A stretch of DNA of 64,000 nt from Acidimicrobiales bacterium (GCA_965117015.1 OZ220747.1:3086921-3150920); one strand, 5' to 3'. Positions 45,863 to 57,573 are shown, numbered from the stretch's first letter. A program made the numbers and translations. The notes: generated from the letters alone by a model not told the origin.

Positions 45863-48349
45863 TCAGCTGCGGGGTCGGTGGTGGTCGGGGTCGTAGACGG
45901 CTTGGCGGTGGCGGGTTGCCGGGCAGGGCGTGCCGAACACGTCGATGGTGAAGCCGGTGTCGGCGGCCGCGAACCGTCCTTCGACGTAGCCGAGGCAGAC
46001 CCGGCTGCCGGTCCGGAAGCCCGTGCCGGCCGAAGTGACGTAACCAGCAGGTCTCCCGTCGATCCGGATGGTGGCCGACGGAGCCGCATCGCCGAGCTCG
46101 CCGGGCAGCGGCCCGATGTCCACGGTCCAGATCCCGTAGCTCCACTCCGGTGGACGCTCGCTGGCCTCTAGCGCGACGGCGCAGCCGATGAACTCGCCCT
46201 TGTCGAGATGGACGAAGCGGTCGAGGCCGGCGTCGTAGGGCGTGTACTCCACCCCGAATTCGGTCTGCCAGCCGTGGTAGCCCTTCTCGATGCGCATCGA
46301 GTCGAGGGCGTACGACCCGAAGTCGCTCACCCCCAGGTCCTCGCCAGCCTCCCACAAGGCCTCATAGAGGGCCACGAGGTCGGCGTCGTTCACATGCAGC
46401 TCCCATCCCAGCTCACCGACGAAGCTGACCCTCAGCGCAGTGGCCTCGACACCGGCCACCGTGATCTGCCGAGCCGACATCCACGGCGCCGCCGCCCTCG
46501 AGAGGTCGTCGTCGCAGAGGCGCGACAGCAGCTCGCGGCTGGCCGGTCCCATCACCATCAACGTGGCGGCCCGGCGGTCGCCCAGCCGTAGCTCCACGTC
46601 CTCATCGGGGCGGAGGTTGCGTCTCAGCCAGTCGAAGTCGCGCTCGCGGGCCGCGGTCGGACCCAGCAGCAGGTAGCGGTCCGGGTCCAGGCGCGCGATG
46701 GTGGCCTCGCTCCACACGGTCCCGTTCGGGCGCAGCATGTAGGCCAGCCGCACCCGCCCCACGTCGGGGAGCCTGGTGCAGAAGACCCGGTCCAGGAAAC
46801 CAGCCGCCCCCGCACCGGCGACCTCGAAGCGTGAGAACCCGGGGTGATCCATGATGCCGACCCGGTCTCGCACGGCCAGGCACTCGTCCCCCACCGCGCC
46901 GTGCCACGGCTCGTCGCGGTAGCTGGCCGTCTTGTGGCTGTAGCGGGCGGTGGACGAGAACCAGAAGGCCCGCTCCCAGCCGGCGACCTGGCCGAAGTTG
47001 GCTCCCCCGGCGGCGAGGGTGTCGTACAACGCCGACCGGTTCACCGGGCGGGCCGACTCCCAGATCCGGTGCGGGAACGGCTCGGCGTACTGGTGCTCGT
47101 AGAGCTCCCGGACCCGCACGTTGGCGTAGCTGCAGCGCCCGCTCCCGGCCAGGGCCCAGGAGCCGAAGCGCCGGGGATCCCACGGCCACATGTCCCATTC
47201 GGTGTCGCCGCCAATGATCATCTCGGTCAGCGCCTTGCCGGCCGCGGCGGCGTGGGTGATGCCGATCTGGACCCCGGCGGCCAGATAGAAGTTGTCGAGC
47301 CCGGCGGCGGGACCGACCAGGGGGTTGGCGTCGGGGCTGTAGGCGATCGGCCCGTTCACGAACCGGGCTATGCCGACCTCGCCGAGCAGCGGCACGTGGG
47401 CGGCAGCCCGGTAGGCCACTTCGGCGATGTCGTCGGTCGAGGCGGCGAACAGGCCCGAGTCGAACACGTCGGGCACGCCCGTCTCCCACACCGTGCGGCC
47501 CTCGTGGCCGTAGCTGCCGAACAGGAAGGCGTCCTGCTCCTGCCGCAGGTAGAACATGATCTCGGGGTCGCGCACCAGCGGCAGCACGTCCCGGTGGCCG
47601 GCCAGCTCAGCGACCGGCCCGGTGACGAGGTACTGGTGATCCAGCACCGCCAACGGGATGTCGGCCCCGGCCATGCGGCCGACATCGGCCGCGTAGAACC
47701 CGGCTGCGTTGACGATGATCTCGCAGTCGATGGCCGCCGGTGCGCCGCCGGCAACCAGATGGACCCGCCAGTCGCTGTCATGCCCCGGCCCCAGCGCCTC
47801 GATGCCGACCACCCGGCTGTGACGGCGCACCCGGGCCCCGAGCCGCCGGGCCCGGCGGGCCAGACCGTGGGCCAGGCCGCTGGGGTCGATGTCGCCCTCG
47901 TAGGGGTCGAGGAGGCCGGCGATCACGGTCCCGTCGTCGCGCCAGAAGGGATGCATCGCCTCCATCTCGGCCGGCGACACGAGATGGAGGTCGAACCCGA
48001 GGCCGGTGGCGATGCCGATGACGTGGTGGAAGTGGTCGATCCGGCTGGCGGTGTGGCCCGGCCAGAACGCCCGGGTGTGGCGGTAGGTGATGGGATCGTC
48101 GGGGTCGGCGGCCAGTTCGGAGTAGAGCCGCCAGGCGTAGTTGCCGGCTCGCTGGCCGAGCCAACTGTTGGAGAAGGTGGGCACGTTGCCGGCCGCGTGC
48201 CATGTCGACCCGGCGGTGAGCTCGTGCTTCTCGACCAGCACGGTGTCGGTCTGGCCGGCCTGGGCCAGGTGCCACAGGATCGAGCAGCCGACCGCGCCGC
48301 CGCCGATCACCACGATGCGGGCCCGGTCGATGTCGCAGTCCTGGATCAC
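45863..48349 (-). CDS. FAD-dependent oxidoreductase fused to a GcvT-type folate-binding domain (dimethylglycine/sarcosine dehydrogenase family)
   Basis: 828-aa ORF. N-terminal DAO-type IVVIGGGAVGCSILWHLA. C-terminal aminomethyltransferase-like region (FSRFEVAGAGAAGFLDRV, VSFVGELGWELH). Confidence 0.85.
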   Translation of the reverse strand: MIQDCDIDRARIVVIGGGAVGCSILWHLAQAGQTDTVLVEKHELTAGSTWHAAGNVPTFSNSWLGQRAGNYAWRLYSELAADPDDPITYRHTRAFWPGHTASRIDHFHHVIGIATGLGFDLHLVSPAEMEAMHPFWRDDGTVIAGLLDPYEGDIDPSGLAHGLARRARRLGARVRRHSRVVGIEALGPGHDSDWRVHLVAGGAPAAIDCEIIVNAAGFYAADVGRMAGADIPLAVLDHQYLVTGPVAELAGHRDVLPLVRDPEIMFYLRQEQDAFLFGSYGHEGRTVWETGVPDVFDSGLFAASTDDIAEVAYRAAAHVPLLGEVGIARFVNGPIAYSPDANPLVGPAAGLDNFYLAAGVQIGITHAAAAGKALTEMIIGGDTEWDMWPWDPRRFGSWALAGSGRCSYANVRVRELYEHQYAEPFPHRIWESARPVNRSALYDTLAAGGANFGQVAGWERAFWFSSTARYSHKTASYRDEPWHGAVGDECLAVRDRVGIMDHPGFSRFEVAGAGAAGFLDRVFCTRLPDVGRVRLAYMLRPNGTVWSEATIARLDPDRYLLLGPTAARERDFDWLRRNLRPDEDVELRLGDRRAATLMVMGPASRELLSRLCDDDLSRAAAPWMSARQITVAGVEATALRVSFVGELGWELHVNDADLVALYEALWEAGEDLGVSDFGSYALDSMRIEKGYHGWQTEFGVEYTPYDAGLDRFVHLDKGEFIGCAVALEASERPPEWSYGIWTVDIGPLPGELGDAAPSATIRIDGRPAGYVTSAGTGFRTGSRVCLGYVEGRFAAADTGFTIDVFGTPCPATRHRQAVYDPDHHRPRS

Positions 48350-48383
48350 GGCTGGTCGGGCTGCGGCAGTTGGGGCGAGGCCT

Positions 48384-49883
48384 TCATGACTGCGGCGGCA
48401 CGAGGATGTCGAAGGTGGACCGGATGGACTCCTCCGCTCCGGCGGGCAAGTGGCCGGGACGGCCGGCGGACAGGATGCCGCTCACCCTCTGGCGGGCCCG
48501 GTCCCAGATCGCGGGCCGGCCCGCGGTCTCCCACTCGGCCACCGAGGCCCGGTCGCCGATGGTGGGGTACACGTACTCGGTGCGCATCAGATCCAGGGTC
48601 TGCGGATGGCCCAGGTAGTGGCCGTCGCCGGTCACCACCGACTCGACCATGGCGAGATCGAGGGCGTCCTCGGTGACGTCGATCCCCCGGACCGAGCGCA
48701 GGATGGCTCCGCACATCTCGTCGTCGATGACCAGCGCCTCGGGCGAGGCGACCATGATCGATCCCAGCATCCCGACCGAGAGTTGGACCATGTCCGCTCC
48801 CGCCTGGGCGGCCAGCGCCACGGTGTAGCCCTTCTCGTAGCCGGACTGGGTGTCGGCCACCTTGGCGTCGGTGATACCGGCCGACACGGCGTTGGGCAGT
48901 CCGAGCGCGTTGAGCAGTTGGGCGGCCGCGGCGGAGGCAACCGCCGCCTCCCCTCCCCCGCCGGTCATGGCCCCGGTGCGCAGGTCCGACACGAACGGCA
49001 TGAAGGCGTGGATGGCCGGATGGCCCGGCTTGATGGCGTCGATCAGCACGACCGCCGCCAGTATCTCGGCCAGCCCCTGGGCCAGAGCCCCCGCGAGCGA
49101 CGCCGGGCTGGTGGCTCCGGCCTGCCCGGCGGAGCAGGTCTGCACCACCATGCCGCGCCCGATGGCGGCCTCGATGATGTCGCATCCCTCGCCGCTGAAC
49201 CGCAGAGGCGGGACGACGTGGACGGCAACCGCCATGCAGAATGGCCGCCGCCAGAAGGGCCCGTCAGGGCCGAGAGCGAGGTCGAACAGGTCGACGACAG
49301 CACCGACGTTGTCCGCGGTGGTGAAGCTGACGCCGATCGGCTTGCTGGTGGCGGCCGCACAGGCGAAGGCGGTGTTCAGGTCGAGTTCCCGGCCGGTGGG
49401 TGCGTCCCGGCCGACCAGGGGGCGCAGGCCGTAGTGGATGTTGGGGCTGGCGTCGACGACCCGCATCATCGACCACAGATCGGCCAGGGTGGAGGGGCGG
49501 TACGCCCCGGTGGCCGCGTCGAGCGTCTGGACCGCGGCCCCGCCGGTGCCGATGTGCACCGTCCCGCCGCCGATGGTCAGTCCCCGGTCCTCCACGAAGC
49601 CGGGCAGATCGACCCGGGACGGCGACCGCTCGACAGCCGCCTCGACCATCGGCCGGGGCAGCGTGAGCCGCCCGTCCTCGCGCTCGACCGCACCGCCTGC
49701 CACCAAACGGTCGCGGGCGCCGGCCGGCGCGCCCGCCAGCCCGACATCGCTGAGGATGGCGCAGGCGTGCTCGACGATGGCGTCGCAGTCACCGGCGGAC
49801 AGCGGCCGGTAGCCGCCCCCTCGCGGCGGAGGAGTCGTCGCTGCCGCCGGCTGGGCGGCTTGCCGGCTCCGGCGTCTGGCCAT
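48384..49883 (-). CDS. trimethylamine methyltransferase (MttB) superfamily protein, non-pyrrolysine type
   Basis: 499-aa uninterrupted ORF. Arg-rich N-terminus and MttB-like TIM-barrel sequence (IEAAIGRGMVVQTCSAGQAGATSPASLAGAL). No in-frame TAG. Confidence 0.8.
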   Translation of the reverse strand: MARRRSRQAAQPAAATTPPPRGGGYRPLSAGDCDAIVEHACAILSDVGLAGAPAGARDRLVAGGAVEREDGRLTLPRPMVEAAVERSPSRVDLPGFVEDRGLTIGGGTVHIGTGGAAVQTLDAATGAYRPSTLADLWSMMRVVDASPNIHYGLRPLVGRDAPTGRELDLNTAFACAAATSKPIGVSFTTADNVGAVVDLFDLALGPDGPFWRRPFCMAVAVHVVPPLRFSGEGCDIIEAAIGRGMVVQTCSAGQAGATSPASLAGALAQGLAEILAAVVLIDAIKPGHPAIHAFMPFVSDLRTGAMTGGGGEAAVASAAAAQLLNALGLPNAVSAGITDAKVADTQSGYEKGYTVALAAQAGADMVQLSVGMLGSIMVASPEALVIDDEMCGAILRSVRGIDVTEDALDLAMVESVVTGDGHYLGHPQTLDLMRTEYVYPTIGDRASVAEWETAGRPAIWDRARQRVSGILSAGRPGHLPAGAEESIRSTFDILVPPQS

Positions 49884-49933
49884 CGATCGAAGTCTGTCAG
49901 CGCAGTCCGGGGCGGTCAGCGCATTTGCTCCTT

Positions 49934-49981
49934 GCCTACGACGACACCATCCGGGCCCGAATCAAGGACGACCTGCGCTGA
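49934..49981 (+). pseudogene. orphan 3' fragment homologous to the tail of the epimerase-like gene (right direct repeat)
   Basis: Encodes AYDDTIRARIKDDLR-stop, versus TYDDIIRAYIEDDLR-stop at the end of gene 44407..45360. No upstream gene body; similarity starts abruptly at 49935. Confidence 0.55.
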
Positions 49982-50012
49982 CTAGGTGTCAGGCCGGGGC
50001 GCTGTCGTTACC

Positions 50013-50037
50013 CCCGGGTCCTGCCGGTGGACCCGGG
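50013..50037 (-). terminator. hairpin downstream of the cold-shock gene (also within the right direct repeat)
   Basis: CCCGGGTCC-7 nt-GGACCCGGG, 25 nt beyond the csp stop. No U-tract. Confidence 0.4.
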
Positions 50038-50061
50038 CGGCGGTACGGTGAACCTGTCTGG

Positions 50062-50259
50062 TTAGACCGGTCTGACGTTCCGAGCTTCGTCTCCCTTGCG
50101 ACCGGGCCCGATGTCGAACTCGACAACCTGCCCCTCTTCAAGGCTTCTGTAGTTCTCGCCGACGATGTTGGAATAGTGAACGAACACGTCGTCACCATCG
50201 TCGCGTGAGATGAAGCCGAAGCCCTTTTGGCTGTTGAAAAACTTGACAGTTCCTCGCAC
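50062..50259 (-). CDS. cspA: cold-shock protein (CspA family)
   Basis: GTG start after RBS AGGAGAAGG gives [32 protein letters not shown], with RNP1/RNP2 motifs. 65 aa. Confidence 0.9.
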   Translation of the reverse strand: MRGTVKFFNSQKGFGFISRDDGDDVFVHYSNIVGENYRSLEEGQVVEFDIGPGRKGDEARNVRPV

Positions 50260-50342
50260 TGGTTCCTTCTCCTGCCAACCGGGCTCGTGCCCAGCAAACA
50301 TGTAAGTCTACGTTGGCCAGCGCCGGATCAGCCGCGCCGCGG

Positions 50343-52208
50343 TCAGTGATTGTGGCGGGGCAGGTCCTTGGTGCGGGAGGTGTCCTGGTACTTCAGTGCG
50401 GGGCGCAGGACCATGCCCTCGTCCATCTGGGTCACCATCGACCGCTGGATCTCCTGCCAGGGGGTGTGCGACTCCGGCACCGGGTAGCCGCCCGAAACCT
50501 CCAGCTCGGCCCGCCGCCGTTCGATCTCGGCGTCGTCGACGAGCATGTCGGCCCGGCCGCGGCGCAGGTCGATGCGGATGCGGTCGCCGGTCTGCAGGAG
50601 GGCCAGCCCGCCCCCGACGGCGGCCTCGGGCGAGGCGTTGAGGATCGACGGCGAGCCGGAGGTGCCCGACTGGCGGCCGTCGCCGATGCACGGCAGCGAG
50701 TGCACCCCTCGCACCAGCAGCGCGGCCGGGGGCTGCATGTTGACGGCCTCGGCCGCGCCGGGGTAGCCGACCGGCCCGACGCCGCGCACGATGAGCATGC
50801 AGTGCTCGTCGATGTCGAGGTCGGGATCCTCGATGCGGGCCCGGTAGTCCTCGGGACCGTCGAACACGACGGCCCGGCCCTCGAAGGCGTCGGGGTCGTC
50901 GGGGTCGGACAGGTAGCGCTGCCGAAACTCGTCGGAGATGACGCTGGTCTTCATGATGGCGCTGTCGAACAGGTTGCCCGACAGGTGCACGAATCCGGCG
51001 TCCTCCACCAGCGGCTCGTCGGTGGTGCGGATCACCGCGGGATCGGCGATACGCGCCCCCTCGCAGTTCTCGCCGATGGTGCGCCCGTTGGCGGTGATCG
51101 CGTCCAGATGGGGCAGCAGCCCGCCCCGGATCAGCTCGCCCACCACCGCGGGCACCCCTCCGGCGTGGTGGAAGTCCTCCCCCAGGTACTCGCCGGCGGG
51201 CATGAGGTTCACCAGCAGCGGCACGGCCAGCCCGTGCTTCTGCCAGTCGTCGTTGTCGAGGGCGACGCCCAGGTGGGCGGCGACCGCGTTGAGGTGGATC
51301 GGGGCGTTGGACGATCCGCCGATGGCGGAGTTCACGACGATGGCGTTCTCGAAGGCCTCCCGGGTCATGATGTCGGAGGGGCGCAGGTCCTCGCGCACCA
51401 TCTCGACGATGCGCACCCCGGTGCGGTAGGCCGTCTGGCCCCGCTCCCGGTGCGGCGCGGGGATGGCGGCCGAGCCGGGTAGCTGCATCCCCAGCGCCTC
51501 GGTCAGGCTGTTCATGGTGGTGGCCGTGCCCATGGTGGAGCAGTAGCCCACCGACGGCGCGGCCGAGGCCACCAGGTCGATGAAGCCGGCCTCGTCGATC
51601 TCGCCGGCGGCGAAGAGCTCTCGGGCCTTCCAGATGATGGTGCCCGAGCCGGTGCGCCGGCCCTCGTGCCAGCCGCTGAGCATGGGGCCCACCGAGAGTG
51701 CGATGGCGGGAAGGTTGACGGTGGCCGCGGCCATCAGGCACGCGGGGGTGGTCTTGTCGCAGCCGATGGTGAGCACCACCCCGTCGAGTGGGTAGCCCTG
51801 GAGCACCTCGACGATGCTGAGGTAGGCCAGGTTGCGGTCGAGCGCGGCGTTGGGCCGCTTGCCGGTCTCCTGGATGGGGTGCACGCCGAACTCGAAGGCG
51901 ATCCCGCCGGCTTCGCGGATGCCCTCCCTCACCCGTTTGGCCAGCTCCAGGTGGTGCCGGTTGCACGGCGACAGGTCCGAGCCGGTCTGGGCGATCCCGA
52001 TCTTGGGCTTGTCGGACTGGAGCTCCTCGCGGGTCAGCCCGTAGTTGGCGTAGCGCTCGAGGTAGATCCCCGACATGAGCGGATCGTCCACGATGTCGAA
52101 CCAGGCCGCCGACCGCAGCCCGCCCCGCCCGGGCGCCGGATCGGGCCCGGCAGCAGGATGCAGCGGGCGGGGTTCACCGGATCCGGGGGCAGCAGCCATC
52201 GCAGCCAC
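50343..52208 (-). CDS. IlvD/Edd family dehydratase (sugar-acid/dihydroxy-acid dehydratase)
   Basis: About 620 aa. LRSAAWF near the N-terminus, [16 protein letters not shown] and the [12 protein letters not shown] Fe-S/active-site region. Start at GTG 52208 or ATG 52199. Confidence 0.85.
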   Translation of the reverse strand: MAAMAAAPGSGEPRPLHPAAGPDPAPGRGGLRSAAWFDIVDDPLMSGIYLERYANYGLTREELQSDKPKIGIAQTGSDLSPCNRHHLELAKRVREGIREAGGIAFEFGVHPIQETGKRPNAALDRNLAYLSIVEVLQGYPLDGVVLTIGCDKTTPACLMAAATVNLPAIALSVGPMLSGWHEGRRTGSGTIIWKARELFAAGEIDEAGFIDLVASAAPSVGYCSTMGTATTMNSLTEALGMQLPGSAAIPAPHRERGQTAYRTGVRIVEMVREDLRPSDIMTREAFENAIVVNSAIGGSSNAPIHLNAVAAHLGVALDNDDWQKHGLAVPLLVNLMPAGEYLGEDFHHAGGVPAVVGELIRGGLLPHLDAITANGRTIGENCEGARIADPAVIRTTDEPLVEDAGFVHLSGNLFDSAIMKTSVISDEFRQRYLSDPDDPDAFEGRAVVFDGPEDYRARIEDPDLDIDEHCMLIVRGVGPVGYPGAAEAVNMQPPAALLVRGVHSLPCIGDGRQSGTSGSPSILNASPEAAVGGGLALLQTGDRIRIDLRRGRADMLVDDAEIERRRAELEVSGGYPVPESHTPWQEIQRSMVTQMDEGMVLRPALKYQDTSRTKDLPRHNH

Positions 52209-52235
52209 GCTACGCGCTCGCCGGGGCGTTGGGGC

Positions 52236-53528
52236 TCAGCGGGAGGCCTCGTCGAGGACGCGGGCGAGGATGCCTACGAAGCGGTGGATGTCGGTGAACG
52301 AGTTGTACAGGGGCACGGGCGCCACCCGGATCACGTCGGGGTAGCGCCAGTCACAGGCGACCCCGGCGTCCTCCAGTGCCTGGTGCACTGCAAGGCCGTC
52401 GACGCCCGGCATGCGGATCCGCAGCGAGTGCTGGCACCCCCGCTCGGCCAGCGCGGCGGGCGTGATGATCTCCACGCGGTCGCCGATCACCTCGGCGAGG
52501 AGGAGGTCGAGGTACTCGATCTGCTGTTGAGACTTGGCCCGCAGCGGTTCCATTCCCCCGGCCCGGTCGAACACATCGAGCGACGCCCGCAGGGCCGCCA
52601 TGACAAGGATGGGCGGGTTCGAGAGCTGCCACGACTCGGCGGTGCCGATGGGGTCGAACACGGTGCCCATCTCGAAGCGGATGTCGGGGCGCTGGCCCCA
52701 CCATCCCAAGAACTTGGGCAGTGAGCGGTCGCCGACGTGGCGCTCGTGCACGAAGGCGCCTCCGACCCCGCCTGGGCCGCCGTTGAGGTACTTGTAGCTG
52801 CACCAGACCGCGAAGTCGACTCCCCAGTCGTGCAAGGTCAGCGGGACGTTGCCCGCGGCGTGCGCGAGGTCGAAGCCGACCCGGGCGCCCACATCGTGGG
52901 CTGCGGCCGTGATGTCAGCCATGGGAAGCACTTGGCCGGTGTAGTACTGGACTCCGGGGAGCATCACCAGCGCGAGCTCCGGGCCATGCTCGGCGATCAG
53001 GGCCAGCAGGTCGTCTCGTCGCAGCGTCTCCTCGCCGGACCGTGGCCGGGCGACGACCAGCGAGTCGGCCGGATCGTGGCCCCGTTGGCTGATCTGGCTC
53101 TCCACCGCGAAGTGATCGCTGGGGAAGGCATGGTCCTCGATGAGGATCTTGTGACGCTCGGGCGTGGGGTCGTAGAAGCTCACCATCAGCAGGTGCAGGT
53201 TCACGGTGAGCGAGTTCATGGCCACGACCTCGCTGGGGCGCCCCCCGACGAGGCGAGCCAGCGGGTCCGTCAGCAGCTCGTGGTACGGCAGCCACGCCAA
53301 CTCGCCCTCGAAATGGGCGGCCGCGCCCAGCCGGGCCCACCGCTCCAGTTCAATGTTCACATATCCGGCCGCCGCTCGGGGCACGGCCCCCAGCGAGTTG
53401 CCGACGAGGTAGATCTGCGGCAGGCCGTCGGGACCGGCCGGAATGTGGAACTCGTCCCGGAACCGGGCCAGCGGATCGGCCGCGTCCAGGGCCGCCGCGG
53501 TGTCGGCGCCGGTCGTAAGCACAGTCAC
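52236..53528 (-). CDS. kynU: kynureninase
   Basis: 430-aa ORF with GTG start. DPLARFRDEFHIP, IYLVGNSLG and WCSYKYLNGGPG (PLP-Lys) are typical of kynureninase. Confidence 0.9.
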   Translation of the reverse strand: MTVLTTGADTAAALDAADPLARFRDEFHIPAGPDGLPQIYLVGNSLGAVPRAAAGYVNIELERWARLGAAAHFEGELAWLPYHELLTDPLARLVGGRPSEVVAMNSLTVNLHLLMVSFYDPTPERHKILIEDHAFPSDHFAVESQISQRGHDPADSLVVARPRSGEETLRRDDLLALIAEHGPELALVMLPGVQYYTGQVLPMADITAAAHDVGARVGFDLAHAAGNVPLTLHDWGVDFAVWCSYKYLNGGPGGVGGAFVHERHVGDRSLPKFLGWWGQRPDIRFEMGTVFDPIGTAESWQLSNPPILVMAALRASLDVFDRAGGMEPLRAKSQQQIEYLDLLLAEVIGDRVEIITPAALAERGCQHSLRIRMPGVDGLAVHQALEDAGVACDWRYPDVIRVAPVPLYNSFTDIHRFVGILARVLDEASR

Positions 53529-53531
53529 TGG

Positions 53532-55054
<1,523 letters not shown>

Positions 55055-55077
55055 GTCGCGGTGGGCAGCCCCTTTGG

Positions 55078-56523
55078 CTAGACGATCGAGATGCTGTGGG
55101 AGACGTTCTTGACGACCATGTAGTTGTGCAGGCCCTCTACCCCGCCCTCGCGGCCGTAGCCGCTGGACTTGACCCCGCCGAAGGGCGTCTCGGGCACGGA
55201 GGCCTCCAGCGTGTTGATAGAGAGGTTCCCGGTCTCGACCCTCTCCACCATCCGGTCGATGTAGTCGGCCCGGTTGGTGAACCCGTAGGCCGCAAGCCCG
55301 AACGGCACGGAGTTGGCGCACTCGATGGCCTCGTCGAGCGAGCCCACCCGGTTGACGGTGGCCAGCGGCCCGAAGGGCTCCTCCTGCATCACCCGGGCGT
55401 CGTCGGGAACGTCGGCCAGCACAGTGGGCTCGAAGAAGTAGCCCGACGCTCCGATCCTGGAACCGCCGGCAGCGACCACAGCTCCCTTGTCGCGTGCGTC
55501 TGCGACGAGCTCTGTCATCGCCGCCAGCCGGCGGTCGTTGGCCAGTGGGCCCATCTCGACGCCGGGCTCCATGGGGTCGCCGACCACCGTGGCCGCGGCT
55601 CGTTCGGTGAAGACGTCGAGGAACTCCTCGTAGATGCTGTCATGGACGAAGAACCGCGTCGGTGACGTGCACACCTGCCCGGCGTTGCGCATCTTGCGCA
55701 CCGCCGAGGTGACCGCGGCCGCCTTCACGTCGACGTCCTCGCACACGATGACCGGCGCATGGCCGCCGAGCTCCATCAGCACCGGTGTCATGTGGTCCGA
55801 GGCCAGCCCGGTGAGGTGCCGGCCCACCGCAGTCGAGCCCGTGAAGGCCACCAGCCGGATCGCCTCGTGCGGTATCAGATGCTCGGAGATCTCGGACGGC
55901 ACCCCGCACACCAGGTTCAGCACACCGGGCGGCAGGCCCGCGTCGTGGAAGGCCCGCACGATGTGCATCGCCCCGGCCGGGGTCTCCTCCGCCGGCTTGA
56001 GGATGACCGAGCATCCCGCCGCCACCGCGCCGGCCACCTTGCGAGCAGGTTGGCTCATCGGGAAGTTCCACGGCGAGAACGCGGCCACCGGGCCGATGGG
56101 CTGCTGGTGGACGATGTAGTTGATGCCCGGTGCGCTGGGGATGACCCGGCCGTAGGTGCGGACCGCCTCCCCGGCGTCCCATTCGAAGAACTCGCAGCCC
56201 CGGATGACCTCGAGCTTGGCCTGCGGGTACGGCTTGCCCAGCTCGAGGGAGATGTCACGCCCGATCTCGGCCTGGCGCTCGCGCATCAGCGCCGCAGCCC
56301 TGCGCAGGATCTCGGCCCGGTCCTTGGGCGCGGTCTGGCTCCACACCTCGAACCCCTTGGAGGCCGCCTCCACAGCGTCATCGAGATCCTGGCGCCCGGC
56401 GCGGGCCAACCGGCCGATGACCTGCTCGTTCGCCGGGTTGACCACAGGCAGATCGTCGGCGGTCGTTCGCCAAGAACCCCCTATGTAGAGCCCGACATCT
56501 GGATAGTCAGTCGTCGCAGCCAT
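55078..56523 (-). CDS. NAD(P)-dependent aldehyde dehydrogenase
   Basis: 481-aa ORF. ELGGHAP, GQVCTSPTRF and PFGGVKSSGYGREGG motifs are present. Confidence 0.85.
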   Translation of the reverse strand: MAATTDYPDVGLYIGGSWRTTADDLPVVNPANEQVIGRLARAGRQDLDDAVEAASKGFEVWSQTAPKDRAEILRRAAALMRERQAEIGRDISLELGKPYPQAKLEVIRGCEFFEWDAGEAVRTYGRVIPSAPGINYIVHQQPIGPVAAFSPWNFPMSQPARKVAGAVAAGCSVILKPAEETPAGAMHIVRAFHDAGLPPGVLNLVCGVPSEISEHLIPHEAIRLVAFTGSTAVGRHLTGLASDHMTPVLMELGGHAPVIVCEDVDVKAAAVTSAVRKMRNAGQVCTSPTRFFVHDSIYEEFLDVFTERAAATVVGDPMEPGVEMGPLANDRRLAAMTELVADARDKGAVVAAGGSRIGASGYFFEPTVLADVPDDARVMQEEPFGPLATVNRVGSLDEAIECANSVPFGLAAYGFTNRADYIDRMVERVETGNLSINTLEASVPETPFGGVKSSGYGREGGVEGLHNYMVVKNVSHSISIV

Positions 56524-56612
56524 AGCTCGAATCTAAGTCGCCACAACAGCGGGCACGAATGCCGAGTTCCCCCGGTGACATACCCGAGACGGTAAGGCCG
56601 CGGCACGCAGGG

Positions 56613-57548
56613 TCAGACTCCCGACCGGGCGCTGGCAGCGTCTCGCAACGCGCTGATGAGCGCGTGAGCGCTTGCCGGCAGCTCGGCACCCGATCGGGTG
56701 ATGATCCCGACCGGCACCGAAGTCCCCTCGATGCTCACCTCGAGCGCGACCAGCGTGTCGCGATCAAGTTCATCGGCGAAAATGCCCGCCGGCACGACCG
56801 CCAGGTGCTCACCCCTCAGCACGAGCGCCCTCAGGGGCACGGGCGCGACACATTCGATGACTTGGCCTGGTACCCGGCCGCAGCCGCGGATGAACGCGGC
56901 CTCGATCTGCTGGCGCAGCGACGTGTCGGTCGGAGGCAGGATCCAGGCATCGTCGACCAACTCGGCCAGGCTTCCCCGGTGTCCGGAGCGTGGATGGCTC
57001 GGAGTGCAGACCACGTGCACCTCGTCGTCGTACAGCGCCTCGACGTCCACCCCCGGCATCGACGCGATAGGGGTCACGCGGCCAACCACGAAGTCAACCT
57101 GACCCGACATCAGGTCCTCATGGAGCCGGTCCGGGGTCCCTTCGGAGATCGCGACCCCAACCCCCGGATGCCGGCGGCTGACCTCGAACACCGCCGCGGG
57201 CAGGATGTCGGCAGTCCCGGCTAGCAGCGTGCCCACCCGCACTTCTCCGCTGCGACCGTCGACGATCTCGTCAGCGTGCCGCAGCAGCGAGCCCACCTCG
57301 GAGGCGACGAGTCGCATGTGAGTGATGAGAGGCGCACCGGCCGCGGTGACAGTCATCCCCTTGGGACCCCGGTCGAACAGCCGGACCCCGAGGATCCGTT
57401 CGAGCTCCGACAACGTGCGCGACATGGCCGGCTGGGTGAGATGCAGCACCGCGCTGGCCTCGCGGATCGATCCACGGTGGGCGATGGTCGCGGCCACCAC
57501 CAGGTGCCGCAGCCGGATCTGCCGCGACAGCAGTTCAGCAGGCCGCAT
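56613..57548 (-). CDS. LysR family transcriptional regulator
   Basis: Trimmed to MRPAELLSRQIRLRHLVVAATIAHRGSIREASAVLHLTQPAMSRTLSELE (LysR HTH), followed by a substrate-binding domain. Confidence 0.85.
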   Translation of the reverse strand: MRPAELLSRQIRLRHLVVAATIAHRGSIREASAVLHLTQPAMSRTLSELERILGVRLFDRGPKGMTVTAAGAPLITHMRLVASEVGSLLRHADEIVDGRSGEVRVGTLLAGTADILPAAVFEVSRRHPGVGVAISEGTPDRLHEDLMSGQVDFVVGRVTPIASMPGVDVEALYDDEVHVVCTPSHPRSGHRGSLAELVDDAWILPPTDTSLRQQIEAAFIRGCGRVPGQVIECVAPVPLRALVLRGEHLAVVPAGIFADELDRDTLVALEVSIEGTSVPVGIITRSGAELPASAHALISALRDAASARSGV

Positions 57549-57555
57549 GCCATAA

Positions 57556-57573
57556 CAGTACCGGTATGTACTG
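57556..57573. promoter_or_regulatory. dyad immediately upstream of the LysR gene
   Basis: CAGTAC-CGGTAT-GTACTG, containing the 8-bp palindrome TACCGGTA. It lies 8 nt upstream of the LysR ATG. Confidence 0.3.

Noticed and set aside
48384-49883. Possible pyrrolysine (in-frame TAG) in the MttB homologue.
   Set aside because: The ORF is continuous over its full length with no internal TAG, so it is a non-Pyl family member.
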